Origin: an uncultured Poribacteria bacterium
GTDB lineage: Bacteria > Poribacteria > WGA-4E > WGA-3G
Direction: 5' to 3'
Assembly (NCBI GenBank): GCA_958296135.2
Contig: CATQHZ020000001.1
Coordinates: 4,320,001-4,384,000 of the forward strand
DNA length: 64,000 nt
Under the pieces are notes generated by a model. The model was not told the origin of the DNA, ran no database searches, and saw only the letters and a list, made by a program, of their open reading frames with translations. Every line of letters starts with the position of its first letter. Position 1 is the first letter of the stretch. This document shows positions 20,080 through 29,514 of the stretch, piece after piece. The translations under genes were made by a program, and so were the position numbers.

Positions 20080-20256
20080 CAGGATTTGCAGGATTAAAGA
20101 ATTAACAGGATGAGGGGCAACTTTTGCTGCATCGTGCAACCGGTACAGCCAAATCCCTGTGAGGGCGACATGTTTATAGCAACGTTGGCATCTACGGAGA
20201 GCCGCCAAAAACAACGATGCCCGAAAAGAACTTCGGTGGTTCTATCCGCACCGTTT

Positions 20257-20640
20257 TTAAGACAATAGTTTCTCTATCATCTCATCTATTTTCTTCCATT
20301 TCCATTCGATCAAGTCGCCAGCATCGTGGACTCTGCTGTAACTTCCATCCTGAGGGATAATCTGAAATCTGGGTTTGTCTAACCCCGCGGCGATCTGAAC
20401 CTCTTCTTTGACACCGGGCGCATTATGCGTATCTTGTCGCACGATAACTATCACGATGTCAGATTTACGAATCTGTTTTTCGGCTTTTTCCACCCAATCG
20501 TCGTTTGGATGATATGCCTCTTGAAGGGAATAATCCCGAAGAGCATAGCAAGAGTTTTCCTTGCCCTGCCCGAAAAAACTTCCATGGAGTTCTTTGTCTT
20601 TGTCAAACGCAAAACTCACGAACACACGAACCGTAGCCAT
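20257..20640 (-). CDS. TIR-like domain protein (Thoeris ThsB / DUF1863-like)
   Basis: VRVFVSF, DYSL.E, IRKSDIVIVIV..DT...GV.EE and WKW motifs; GGAGG RBS. Confidence 0.78.
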   Translation of the reverse strand: MATVRVFVSFAFDKDKELHGSFFGQGKENSCYALRDYSLQEAYHPNDDWVEKAEKQIRKSDIVIVIVRQDTHNAPGVKEEVQIAAGLDKPRFQIIPQDGSYSRVHDAGDLIEWKWKKIDEMIEKLLS

Positions 20641-20745
20641 ATCTCACTACCTCCTTAATGTTATTGCGAGGCTGCTATGACGACTCTGAACCTGACTATC
20701 TCTCTATGGGGAATGCCCGCCCCACCGATGGGACGGGCAATGCGC

Positions 20746-21642
20746 TTACTTTTTCGCTTGTACCTTGAGTCGGCCGAAGATGAATTCACACGCTTGATAC
20801 TTTTTCCGATTATCGATGTAGCAACTCAATTTCCGTAAGTCACGCCCGTCGATAACCCAGTTGTTATCTAAATCCATCCCTCTGAGCCGGTCAATAGAAT
20901 CACGAGGTTCCCAAGAGGCAAAGGCGCGGTTTAGATACTCACCGTAGTTGTCAATGACGTGACGTAAATCCGCGTTGTCAACGCGCCCACTGTAATCCAC
21001 ATCGCCGTTTGAGCGTTGGTGAACCAACCGAGTGTTGAAGACACGGATTGAGTTTGGCTCTGGCGACAGGTTAGGTTCGTAGTAATACTTATCCGGGCCA
21101 GGCTCATAAAACAGTTGGATTCGCACGAACTCGACTTTCGGGTTGACACCCGGTGTGAGAATGCGTATGTTCCTAAACTTCAGGGTGACGAGCGTTCCTG
21201 AAACTTTTCGGTTAGGATTTCCACCATCTACCTGCACGGAATCCAGACCATGGACATGGATGAGTCGTTCCTGAAACCATGTCCGGTCTCTCCGATGGAG
21301 CCCTGCCGACAAGTTCCTGTCATAAACGCCTGCCGTAAAGAACCCTTTTTTGGGCGCGGCCACCTCATCAAATATCAGCACTTCGGGTGGATAGCGGAAG
21401 TCAATCTGGAATCCGACTATCCGTCTACGTTCCACGTCCTGATATGCATTCAGAATTTCAACATCGATTGAGAATTCCTGAAAGTTTTTATTCGGTAGCA
21501 CGGTTTGGTAGTCCTTGAAAAACACCACAGGATCGGTGTGTTCCAAGACACGTGGATATTGTGCGCAGACTGAATTCACTCCAATCAGAATCAAGCTGGC
21601 AATGATTGCACTGCACAGCATGGCGTTTAGCATTTGTTTCAT
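20746..21642 (-). CDS. Secreted protein with a cohesin-like beta domain and a C-terminal dockerin/EF-hand-like pair
   Basis: Signal peptide, GFQIDFRYPPEVL...GTLVTLKF, GDVDYSGRVDNADL and DLDNNWVIDGRDL. Confidence 0.6.
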   Translation of the reverse strand: MKQMLNAMLCSAIIASLILIGVNSVCAQYPRVLEHTDPVVFFKDYQTVLPNKNFQEFSIDVEILNAYQDVERRRIVGFQIDFRYPPEVLIFDEVAAPKKGFFTAGVYDRNLSAGLHRRDRTWFQERLIHVHGLDSVQVDGGNPNRKVSGTLVTLKFRNIRILTPGVNPKVEFVRIQLFYEPGPDKYYYEPNLSPEPNSIRVFNTRLVHQRSNGDVDYSGRVDNADLRHVIDNYGEYLNRAFASWEPRDSIDRLRGMDLDNNWVIDGRDLRKLSCYIDNRKKYQACEFIFGRLKVQAKK

Positions 21643-21696
21643 GTTCAACCTCCGTATAGAGAATGCCCGCCCCACCGATGGGACAAGCGGTTGTTA

Positions 21697-22251
21697 TTAA
21701 TCAACAGGTTTCGGCTCACCTACTTCCGTCTTCGGTTTATATAGGCGCGGATCGATCGGATTATCCAACAAACGCCACCGCTCTCGCCGATTCATTATCC
21801 TATCTCGCAACTTATAGCGTCTGATGTTGCGCAGCACGATTGCACCTTTTTCATATCTTGATACCGTGCCTTCCACCCAAATGATGTCATTGGGACGAAC
21901 ATCGGATGGGAGCCTGTTGAGTTCCGTAGTTGTCAGTTCGATGCAGACACTCTGCACTTTCTGCGTTCGACTTTGCATCGGATCTCCGATTTCAAAATAG
22001 ATGCGGTGAAGCTCCCCTTCAGATTCTGCCTTCCAGACTCTGCCGAATCCTTTGCAAATCTTGCCCGAGTATTCCCACTGTGCAGCCAATCGATTGGTTG
22101 CAAAGGCGCGATAGATTTGACGTGCATCAAATGCCTTATCATAATCTCTAAAACTTTCGCCAGCTTTGCCAGGAACCGGCGTGGACATACATCCGCTCAT
22201 GCTTATCACAATCACCGCGCCGAGGAGCATGGCGTTCAACATTCGTGTCAT
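21697..22251 (-). CDS. Putative lipoprotein with an OB-fold (tRNA_anti-like) domain
   Basis: Lipobox MSGC; 'N.LAAQ.EYSGK....G.V' and 'IWVEGTV' pattern. Confidence 0.55.
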   Translation of the reverse strand: MTRMLNAMLLGAVIVISMSGCMSTPVPGKAGESFRDYDKAFDARQIYRAFATNRLAAQWEYSGKICKGFGRVWKAESEGELHRIYFEIGDPMQSRTQKVQSVCIELTTTELNRLPSDVRPNDIIWVEGTVSRYEKGAIVLRNIRRYKLRDRIMNRRERWRLLDNPIDPRLYKPKTEVGEPKPVD

Positions 22252-22376
22252 GTTAACCTCTTGTGAAGGATGCCCGCCCCGCAACGGGGATGGGCAGTTG
22301 TTATTAATCAACAGGTTTCGGCATTGCCACCGTGCCGATGCGGAGACGTGCATCGCGTTTGAGTCCTTGTCATATA

Positions 22377-22405
22377 ATAATACTACAAATCCATCGAAAT
22401 GTCAA
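22377..22405 (-). promoter_or_regulatory. Sigma70-type promoter for the 22251-20257 gene array
   Basis: TTGACA-17 bp-TATTAT on the minus strand. Confidence 0.65.
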
Positions 22406-22756
22406 ATTTTTCTGATGTTTTTTTACAACATGGCACGGAAAATGTTCAAAACGGCTGAAAATCCTGCATTTGCGGGAAAAATTGGCAGATGTTGGGTGAG
22501 AGGTGTCGCGCGTCGCACCTATTTTCGGTGGATGTGTCTTTTTGAGACAGCCCTCAGAAATATCCCGATTTCATTCTGGCACTTCACGCGAGCCCGACTT
22601 ACGTCCGGAAGGGCAAAAATGGAATCCTGAATGGCTCTGAAAACGTGCTTGACTTTTTTTATCGGATGTGGTATCCTAACCTTCTAACGTTTTATTTGTA
22701 GGGGCGGATATAGAAATCCGCCTTTACAGATTGGCGAAATTTGGTATAACACAAGC

Positions 22757-23542
22757 ATGGAGGAATCCATCATGAAATCGCTCAGTATCAGCATCGCACT
22801 GCTCTTCTGTCTTTGCGCCGTTTCATCCGCATTAGAACCCGATGACCCGGCCATCGCCGGCGTATGGCTCTTTGAAGGCAACGTTAAGGACGCGACAGAC
22901 AACGGCAACGATGGAAAAATCGCCGGCAACTTTAAGTTTGAGGCCGGCAAATTTGGAAAGGCTATCATCGCCGCTGGCGGTGGCAGTATTGATGTCCAAG
23001 ATTCAAAAAGCCTGCAGAGTGTCAAAGATGGGTTGACTGTCGCCGCCTGGTTCCGGGTGGATGCCGACTCAGACACGGGTGTCAGGAAAAACGGCGCGTA
23101 TCTGCTAGAGGACCAGTCTGGTGGGGAGCCGGTGCCTGACGGGTTCTCCTTCCGCGTCTGGACAGACAACGGCATTACGCCCGGTTTCTACGGCAAGACT
23201 GAATTGGAGCAGAAGAAGTGGTATCACATCGCTGGCACCTACGATGGGACGAACGTTGAGATGTATGTTGATGGCGAACCCGAGAGCGTCAAAGGCGCGC
23301 TGTCTGCCGACAAAGCTGCTTGGAAACCCGAGTGGGGTGGGAAGGTTGCGGTGGGCGAGGTGTTGCAGCTCAAATTCGGGCCGGAGCAGTTTACCGGTGG
23401 TATTGACGAAGTCGTCATTCTCAGTCGCGCGCTGGAGGCGGAGGAGATTCAGCAGTTGCTCAACGGTTGGGAGGATGCGTTCGCCGTTGAGCCGGATGGA
23501 AAATTAGCGACGACGTGGGGCCGGATGAAGACTCTCCGGTAA
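22757..23542 (+). CDS. Secreted LamG/concanavalin A-like domain protein with the conserved C-terminal tail
   Basis: Signal peptide, WYHIAGTYDG..MYVDG, FTGGIDEV and C-terminal AVEPDGKLATTWGRMK. Confidence 0.85.
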   Translation: MEESIMKSLSISIALLFCLCAVSSALEPDDPAIAGVWLFEGNVKDATDNGNDGKIAGNFKFEAGKFGKAIIAAGGGSIDVQDSKSLQSVKDGLTVAAWFRVDADSDTGVRKNGAYLLEDQSGGEPVPDGFSFRVWTDNGITPGFYGKTELEQKKWYHIAGTYDGTNVEMYVDGEPESVKGALSADKAAWKPEWGGKVAVGEVLQLKFGPEQFTGGIDEVVILSRALEAEEIQQLLNGWEDAFAVEPDGKLATTWGRMKTLR

Positions 23543-23671
23543 TTGCATCGCCGGGCATATTTTGCGTTTGATGTGCAGGGATGGCTGGAGAGGTTGCCCC
23601 TGCACATCAAATCAGGTAGCCACACGAGGATGACGAAAATTTCCGGGATAGGTAAAAGGAAACAAAACCGC

Positions 23672-24613
23672 ATGACTCAAAAAACTGCATTCATCTACCA
23701 CCCCGAATCCCTGAACCACGACACCGGCCCCAACCACCCCGAACGCCCAAACCGACTCCGGGCCAGTCTCGCCGCGCTGCAGAAAAGCAACGCGTGGGAA
23801 CAACTCCACTTAATTGAACCGCCGCACGCCACCCTCGCGCAACTTCGCTACGCGCACGCACCAAACTATAGCGAACATATACGAAAGCACTGCGAACAAG
23901 AAATCCCCCTAACCTACGATACGCCTGTCGTCCAAGCATCGTTTGACATCGCGCGGCTTTCGACAGGCGGCGTGCTGCAGGCGGCAAAGGCAGTCGCAAC
24001 AGGCACGGTGAAAAATGCGTTCGCCCTCGTGCGGCCGCCCGGACACCACGCTACGCCTAATCGGAGCATGGGGTTCTGTCTGTTCAATAACATCGCCATC
24101 GCGGCGCGCTCCCTCCAACGCGAACACGGGTTCGGCAAAATCGCCATTGTGGATTGGGATGTCCATCACGGCAACGGCACACAAGACATCTTTTATGAAG
24201 ACGCTTCCGTGTTCTTTTTCTCTATCCACGAATCGCCACTCTATCCGGGTACTGGCGCAAGGAATGAACGTGGTTATGGACACGGACGCGGCATGACGCT
24301 CAACGTGCCGATGCGCAGCAGAAGTGGAGACAGCGAATACATCACTGTCTTCGAGGATATCCTCCTGCCTGCGTTACGGAAGTTTTCACCGGAGATTCTC
24401 CTCATCTCGGCAGGATTTGACGCGCACCACCGCGATCTGCTCTCTTCAACGGAAGTCACCGCGGCAGGGTTTGCAACGCTGACTGACTTGATTCTTGCAG
24501 CCGCTGAAGAAACCGCATCCGGCCGTGTTGTCTCGGCGTTGGAGGGAGGCTATAGTTTAGAGGGGCTCTCTGAAGCTGTCGTGGCGCATGTGGAACGGTT
24601 GGCGGCCCAATAG
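23672..24613 (+). CDS. Histone deacetylase family amidohydrolase
   Basis: HPERP.R, RPPGHHA, GFCLFNN, DWDVHHGNGTQ, SAGFDAH and LEGGY motifs. Confidence 0.93.
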   Translation: MTQKTAFIYHPESLNHDTGPNHPERPNRLRASLAALQKSNAWEQLHLIEPPHATLAQLRYAHAPNYSEHIRKHCEQEIPLTYDTPVVQASFDIARLSTGGVLQAAKAVATGTVKNAFALVRPPGHHATPNRSMGFCLFNNIAIAARSLQREHGFGKIAIVDWDVHHGNGTQDIFYEDASVFFFSIHESPLYPGTGARNERGYGHGRGMTLNVPMRSRSGDSEYITVFEDILLPALRKFSPEILLISAGFDAHHRDLLSSTEVTAAGFATLTDLILAAAEETASGRVVSALEGGYSLEGLSEAVVAHVERLAAQ

Positions 24614-24654
24614 CGCGGTTACAAAGCGTGCCTACCGGTAGTTATGAGGGCTGT

Positions 24655-25497
24655 CTACATTTTCTTTCCAATATGGATGGCGACGATGCCGAACGTCTTC
24701 CGATAAAACTGCACATCCGTTAGCCCGCATTTTTCCATCATTTCTTTCAACGCGTCGCAATTCGGGAAGCGCATGACAGAACGAGGGAGATAGCCGTAAG
24801 CATCGTCTTTATTGCGCGAGATGAGATTGCCAAGGAACGGCAAGATGCGCTTGAAATAGAAATAGTAGAGTTGTCGGAACAAGGGGTTCACGGGTTGCGT
24901 AAATTCCAAGATGGCGATTCTACCGCCCGGCACCGCGACGCGCGTCATCTCGCGGATACCCAGTTCCAGATTTCTGGACACCGATTCGGTGATGAAGGAG
25001 GGCAGCTCAGGAAAACCTGCGCTGCGAGGTAGAGACGTAACGGGTTGGGCATCTGAGTCCTGTTGAGGGTTCTGGGCGAATTCTGCGTTTGCGACGTTCC
25101 GAATGCCGAAGCCTACCGAGACAATGTCAAAGGTGTTGTCCAGAAACGGGAGTGTGAAGGTATCCGCTGCAATAAACGGCGCGCTGGTGCCCCGACGCGC
25201 CACCTTTTGATTTCCCACGACTAACATCTCAAGGCAGAAATCTGAACCGATAACGGTGCCGCCCTCATTAACCCCGGTAGGCGCGCTTTGCAAGCGCGCG
25301 AGTTCCTCCGCGTAGGCGAGGGCCAACTCACCCGTGCCGGTGCAGACATCCAGCACCTTGCTTTTCGGCGTGACGCGGCTTGCCTTCACCGTCTCGCGCC
25401 GCCACATCGTATCGCGCCTGAGACTTAGGAGCGAATTGAGGAAGTCATAGTGGCGCGCGATGCGGGCAAAGAGGTTTTTGATTCGGTTTGCGTGCAT
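24655..25497 (-). CDS. ubiE: UbiE/MenG-family quinone C-methyltransferase with two internal insertions
   Basis: YDFLN.LLS, VLDVCTGTG, GFGIRNV, PGGRIAILEF and AYGYLPRS motifs. Confidence 0.88.
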   Translation of the reverse strand: MHANRIKNLFARIARHYDFLNSLLSLRRDTMWRRETVKASRVTPKSKVLDVCTGTGELALAYAEELARLQSAPTGVNEGGTVIGSDFCLEMLVVGNQKVARRGTSAPFIAADTFTLPFLDNTFDIVSVGFGIRNVANAEFAQNPQQDSDAQPVTSLPRSAGFPELPSFITESVSRNLELGIREMTRVAVPGGRIAILEFTQPVNPLFRQLYYFYFKRILPFLGNLISRNKDDAYGYLPRSVMRFPNCDALKEMMEKCGLTDVQFYRKTFGIVAIHIGKKM

Positions 25498-25532
25498 CGT
25501 CTCTATCCGTTGTGAACCGTGCTTATACCGGG

Positions 25533-25664
25533 TTAATCTTTCTTCCGATGCGGCGGCAGCGGCAGATATTTCCGCCCCTCTTTCCGCCGTTTTTCTCCTT
25601 GCGCTGCCAAATACTCGTAGAGTTCGTCAAGGTCCTTGAACTGCGCGTTGAACTCCCGTTTCAT
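25533..25664 (-). CDS. Small hypothetical protein (43 aa), possibly the frameshifted remnant of a slightly longer gene
   Basis: MKREFNAQFKDLDELYEYL...; a strong GAGGAGG RBS and ATG lie ~45 bp upstream in another frame. Confidence 0.3.
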   Translation of the reverse strand: MKREFNAQFKDLDELYEYLAAQGEKRRKEGRKYLPLPPHRKKD

Positions 25665-25930
25665 CTGGTAGCATTAATACATTGAGCGTCGTCTGTGCAG
25701 GACTTAACATTGTCTCTTACCTCCTCTTCAGCCACGCATCATACCCGGCATGCGTGAGCACACGATGGATTGTCACCCGCTCACGCTATTTAGGATACCA
25801 CATCAACATTTAATTTCCAAGATAAAATCTACAGGCCGTACGCAAATTCCGAAAACGCCCGTTCAGTAGGCGCGCTTTGATGACACTTCAGTACGAAATC
25901 GGACGATTCTGAATTTTCATGAAAGCGCGC

Positions 25931-28384
25931 CTACAGCCGCAATTCCGCACCCAACTCCCGATTGAGACGCTGAACCACCTTCTCATGGAGCCGGTTAACC
26001 GCTTTGTCTGTCAACGTCTCGGTTGCGGAATGATACGCAATCGTATAGGCAAGGCTCTTCTTGCCCGCCGGCACCGGGTCGCCGACATAGAGGTCGAACA
26101 ACAGCACGGATTCTACCAACTCGCCGCCTGTCGCATAGATGAGGGCTATCGGTTCGTCTGCCGGAATGTCGGCATCCAGCACAATCGCCAAGTCACGTTG
26201 GACTTTCGGATAGATGGAAATCGGTTCAAAGCGTTTGGAGAACGCAGCGGCTTCCGAGAGTACCCCCAGGTCGAATTCAAAAAGGTATGCCTTGTAGGGC
26301 AAATCGTAGTTTTCAAGAACGCTCGGGTGCGCTTCGCCGAAGATACCGAGTCGCGACCGGGAGGGCGAACCTACCAGCACTTGTGCATTGCGGCCGGGAT
26401 GGAAGGTGGGTTCATCGGTTCGCGCAAGCGTGTAATCGACGATGCCGCACACTTCCAGCAGGCCCTCCACGATGCCTTTGATGTCAAAGAAATCAGGAGC
26501 GCGATAGGCATCGCCGTAGACACCGCCGCCAATGTCACCAGCGAGAATGCCTGCCACGCGCGCCGGTTCATCAATGCCACACGCAGCAGTAGGGGGGCTT
26601 GGCACGCGCGCATCCCCCACTAGGAACACCGTGGACACCTCAAATAACGCAATAGTGTTGATTTGGTGATTGTGGTTGTGCCGCGCATTTTCAAGCAGAC
26701 TCGGCAATAGCGTCGTGCGGAGTACGGACATCTCCGGGCTCAGTGGGTTTCGCAACTGCACTGCCTCACGACGCGCGTCTTTTTCACCCAGGCGGAGCCT
26801 GTCAAAGCAACTCGGAGCACAAAAACTATAGTTTACCGCCTCCATCATCCCCGATGCCAGCAGAAAACGCTTGACGCACCGATGAACTTCCAGCTTGACA
26901 TCTGGTTCCGGCATCGGAATATCCCCTTTGGGCAACGTCGTCGGGATGTTATCGTAGCCGTAGACGCGGGCGATTTCTTCAACCAGATCGATCTCGCGGG
27001 TAACATCCGCGCGGAACGTCGGCACGGTAACCTGATAGGTGTCAGCATCACTATGCTCAATGTGAAAACCGAGGCGCGTTAAAATCTCCACCATCTCTGT
27101 CGCTTTAATCTCGGTGCCTAAGACGAAATTGACGCGCGCCGGCCGAAGTTGCATCTGGCATGGCGGCACTTCGCCCGGATAGACATCAACAGCCCCTTCA
27201 CAGAGGGTGCCACCGGCGAGTTCAACGATGAGATGTGCCGCCCGGTCCAGCGCAACGATGACTGCCCCCGGGTCCGTGCCGCGCTCAAATCGGTAGGATG
27301 CATCCGTGTGGATGCCTAACGCCTTTGAGGTGGCGCGGACACTAGCGGGATTGAAATAGGCACTCTCCAGGAGCACATCGCGCGTCTCTTCCGTGATTTC
27401 CGAATCGTAGCCGCCCATGATGCCCGCGAGTGCCACCGGCTCTTCGGCATCGGCAATGACGAGCATGTCGGGAGTGAGTGCCCGTTCAACTTCATCAAGC
27501 GTTGTTATCCGTTCGCCTGCCGCCGCCCGGCGCACAACGATGCGGTTCTCGGCGAGCTTGTGATAATCAAAGGCATGAAGCGGTTGCCCATATTCCATCA
27601 GCACAAAATTCGTCACATCAACGATGTTGTTGATAACGCCTACGCCTACAGATTTCAACCGACGCTGAAGCCATTCGGGAGAGGGGCCGATTTTAACGCC
27701 TTGAATAACGCGCGCAGCATAGCGCGGGCAAAGCGCGGGCGCAGCGATGGACACCGAAGTGGTTTCTCGGATATCAGGCCCGCTAGCGTGCTTAAAAAGC
27801 GCGCCTACGGAGTCTGGCAGCTTCAGCGGATTACCGGTATCGGCGCGGATTTCGCGCGCCACGCCAATAAGACTGAGGCAATCGGCGCGATTCGGCGTAA
27901 TCTCTAACTGCATGACGACATCGTCTAATCCTAACGCCTCGGCAAGCGGAGTGCCGGGGGAAAGGGCTGACGGTAATTCCATGAGGCCCGCGGCATCGTC
28001 TGAGATACCGAGCTCTTTTTCGGAGCAGAGCATTCCGTGAGATTCGGTGCCGCGCAGTTTGGCACGTTTGATTGTCAAACCGCTCGGCAATTCCGTGCCG
28101 ATAGTTGCAACCGGGGCCAGCATGCCTTCCCGCGCGTTCGGTGCCCCGCACACAATCTGGAGCACTGCTGCCTCGCCGACATCTACCCGGCAAACCACCA
28201 ATTTATCAGCATTCGGATGCCGGGTAATCGCGTTCACTTTGCCCACGACTACACCCGCAAGTTCGGCACCGAGGTGCCGCATCGATTCAACTTCAATGCC
28301 GAGCATTGTCAAGCGTTCGGCCAGTTTGCTGGGGGAAAGCGCGAAATCGATATAGGTTTTTAGCCAATTGAAGGTTACGTGCAT
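25931..28384 (-). CDS. pheT: Phenylalanine-tRNA ligase beta subunit
   Basis: HPNADKL, QIVCGAPN, TPNRADCLS, YGQPLHAFD and the C-terminal FDX-ACB region. Confidence 0.98.
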   Translation of the reverse strand: MHVTFNWLKTYIDFALSPSKLAERLTMLGIEVESMRHLGAELAGVVVGKVNAITRHPNADKLVVCRVDVGEAAVLQIVCGAPNAREGMLAPVATIGTELPSGLTIKRAKLRGTESHGMLCSEKELGISDDAAGLMELPSALSPGTPLAEALGLDDVVMQLEITPNRADCLSLIGVAREIRADTGNPLKLPDSVGALFKHASGPDIRETTSVSIAAPALCPRYAARVIQGVKIGPSPEWLQRRLKSVGVGVINNIVDVTNFVLMEYGQPLHAFDYHKLAENRIVVRRAAAGERITTLDEVERALTPDMLVIADAEEPVALAGIMGGYDSEITEETRDVLLESAYFNPASVRATSKALGIHTDASYRFERGTDPGAVIVALDRAAHLIVELAGGTLCEGAVDVYPGEVPPCQMQLRPARVNFVLGTEIKATEMVEILTRLGFHIEHSDADTYQVTVPTFRADVTREIDLVEEIARVYGYDNIPTTLPKGDIPMPEPDVKLEVHRCVKRFLLASGMMEAVNYSFCAPSCFDRLRLGEKDARREAVQLRNPLSPEMSVLRTTLLPSLLENARHNHNHQINTIALFEVSTVFLVGDARVPSPPTAACGIDEPARVAGILAGDIGGGVYGDAYRAPDFFDIKGIVEGLLEVCGIVDYTLARTDEPTFHPGRNAQVLVGSPSRSRLGIFGEAHPSVLENYDLPYKAYLFEFDLGVLSEAAAFSKRFEPISIYPKVQRDLAIVLDADIPADEPIALIYATGGELVESVLLFDLYVGDPVPAGKKSLAYTIAYHSATETLTDKAVNRLHEKVVQRLNRELGAELRL

Positions 28385-28451
28385 AAATCAGAATCCTCCC
28401 TTTTCCAGAGTGCATAACGGACAGATATAGCAATCTGTCCTGACAGGTGTC

Positions 28452-29468
28452 CTAAAACTGCCGTAAGAAACGCAGGTCATTCTCATAGAAAGTGCGGATG
28501 TCGGGGATGCGGAATTGGAGGTTCGCAATTCGCTCCACCCCCATGCCGAAAGCAAACCCCGTAACCTGCTCAGGCTCATAGCCGACCGCGTGGAATACCT
28601 CAGGATCGACGGCGCCTGCACCCAGGATTTCAATCCACCCGGTGCCGCCACAACTGCGACACCCCTCACCACCACAGACAGTACACGAAATATCCACTTC
28701 GGCACTCGGTTCTGTGAACGGAAAGAAATGCGGCCGAAAGCGCATCTGCGTATCCGCACCGAACAACTGCCGCGCAAACGAGGTTAGGATACCCTTCAAC
28801 TCGCTAAAGGTTACGTGTGTATCCACTAGCAATCCCTCAACTTGATGGAACATCGGCGTGTGCGAGACATCGTAATCGACGCGGTAAGCCTTGCCCGGCA
28901 CAATAATGCGCACCGGCGGTGGCTGCTGCTCCATTGCGCGAATCTGCACCGGCGACGTGTGAGTGCGCAAGAGATGCCCATCGGTAAGGTAGAAAGTATC
29001 GTGCAAATCGCGCGCAGGATGGTCTGACGGAGTATTCAGCGCGTCGAAATTGTAATAATCCGTCTCCACCTCGGGGCCCGTGGCGATTTGAAACCCCATC
29101 TGTGTGAAAATTGACGTTATCCGCTCCAAGGACTGCATGACAGGATGCGCTTTCCCGTATGCAGGCTTTCTGCCCGGAAGCGTGATGTCCACCGACTCGT
29201 CTGCCAGTTGTTGTAACTGCTGTTGGCGTTGCAGTTCCTGCGCTGTCCGCTCAAACGCCTCGTTCAATTCGGCACGAATCTGGTTTGCCAACTTGCCGAC
29301 AACAGGCCGCTCGGCTTTGGAGAGTTTGCCCATGCCTTTCATCACCGTTGTCAGTTGTCCGTTGCGTCCGAAATATTGGACGCGTAGCGATTCAAGTGCG
29401 TCCAACGTTTTGACCGCGGTGAGCGCGGTGAGTGCAGCGGCGTGGATTTGGTTTAATGCGTCTTGCAT
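28452..29468 (-). CDS. pheS: Phenylalanine-tRNA ligase alpha subunit
   Basis: HPARD..DTF, LRTHTSPVQ, FPFTEPS and GFAFGMGVER motifs. The likely start is MQDAL. Confidence 0.98.
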   Translation of the reverse strand: MQDALNQIHAAALTALTAVKTLDALESLRVQYFGRNGQLTTVMKGMGKLSKAERPVVGKLANQIRAELNEAFERTAQELQRQQQLQQLADESVDITLPGRKPAYGKAHPVMQSLERITSIFTQMGFQIATGPEVETDYYNFDALNTPSDHPARDLHDTFYLTDGHLLRTHTSPVQIRAMEQQPPPVRIIVPGKAYRVDYDVSHTPMFHQVEGLLVDTHVTFSELKGILTSFARQLFGADTQMRFRPHFFPFTEPSAEVDISCTVCGGEGCRSCGGTGWIEILGAGAVDPEVFHAVGYEPEQVTGFAFGMGVERIANLQFRIPDIRTFYENDLRFLRQF

Positions 29469-29514
29469 AACAACCTCACATCCGGTAGGCGTGCTTTGAA
29501 AGCGCGCCCGCCGA

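Noticed and set aside
19552-20214. ORFs 19552-20214, 19614-20105 and 19740-20012
   Set aside because: They stay open mainly because the 162-bp repeat is a multiple of three. They have no RBS and no independent protein features.
19844-20374. Diversity-generating retroelement template/variable repeat pair
   Set aside because: There is no reverse transcriptase in the window and only 1-2 mismatches. One mismatch has the A in the gene rather than in the putative template, contrary to DGR adenine-specific mutagenesis.
20700-22330. Canonical integron with attC sites
   Set aside because: There is no integrase, and the repeated elements lack consistent RYYYAAC/GTTRRRY ends. Kept only as a non-canonical cassette-like finding.
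24973-25086. Intein in UbiE
   Set aside because: The insert is only 38 aa and lacks the N-terminal Cys/Ser and C-terminal His-Asn plus nucleophile signature.
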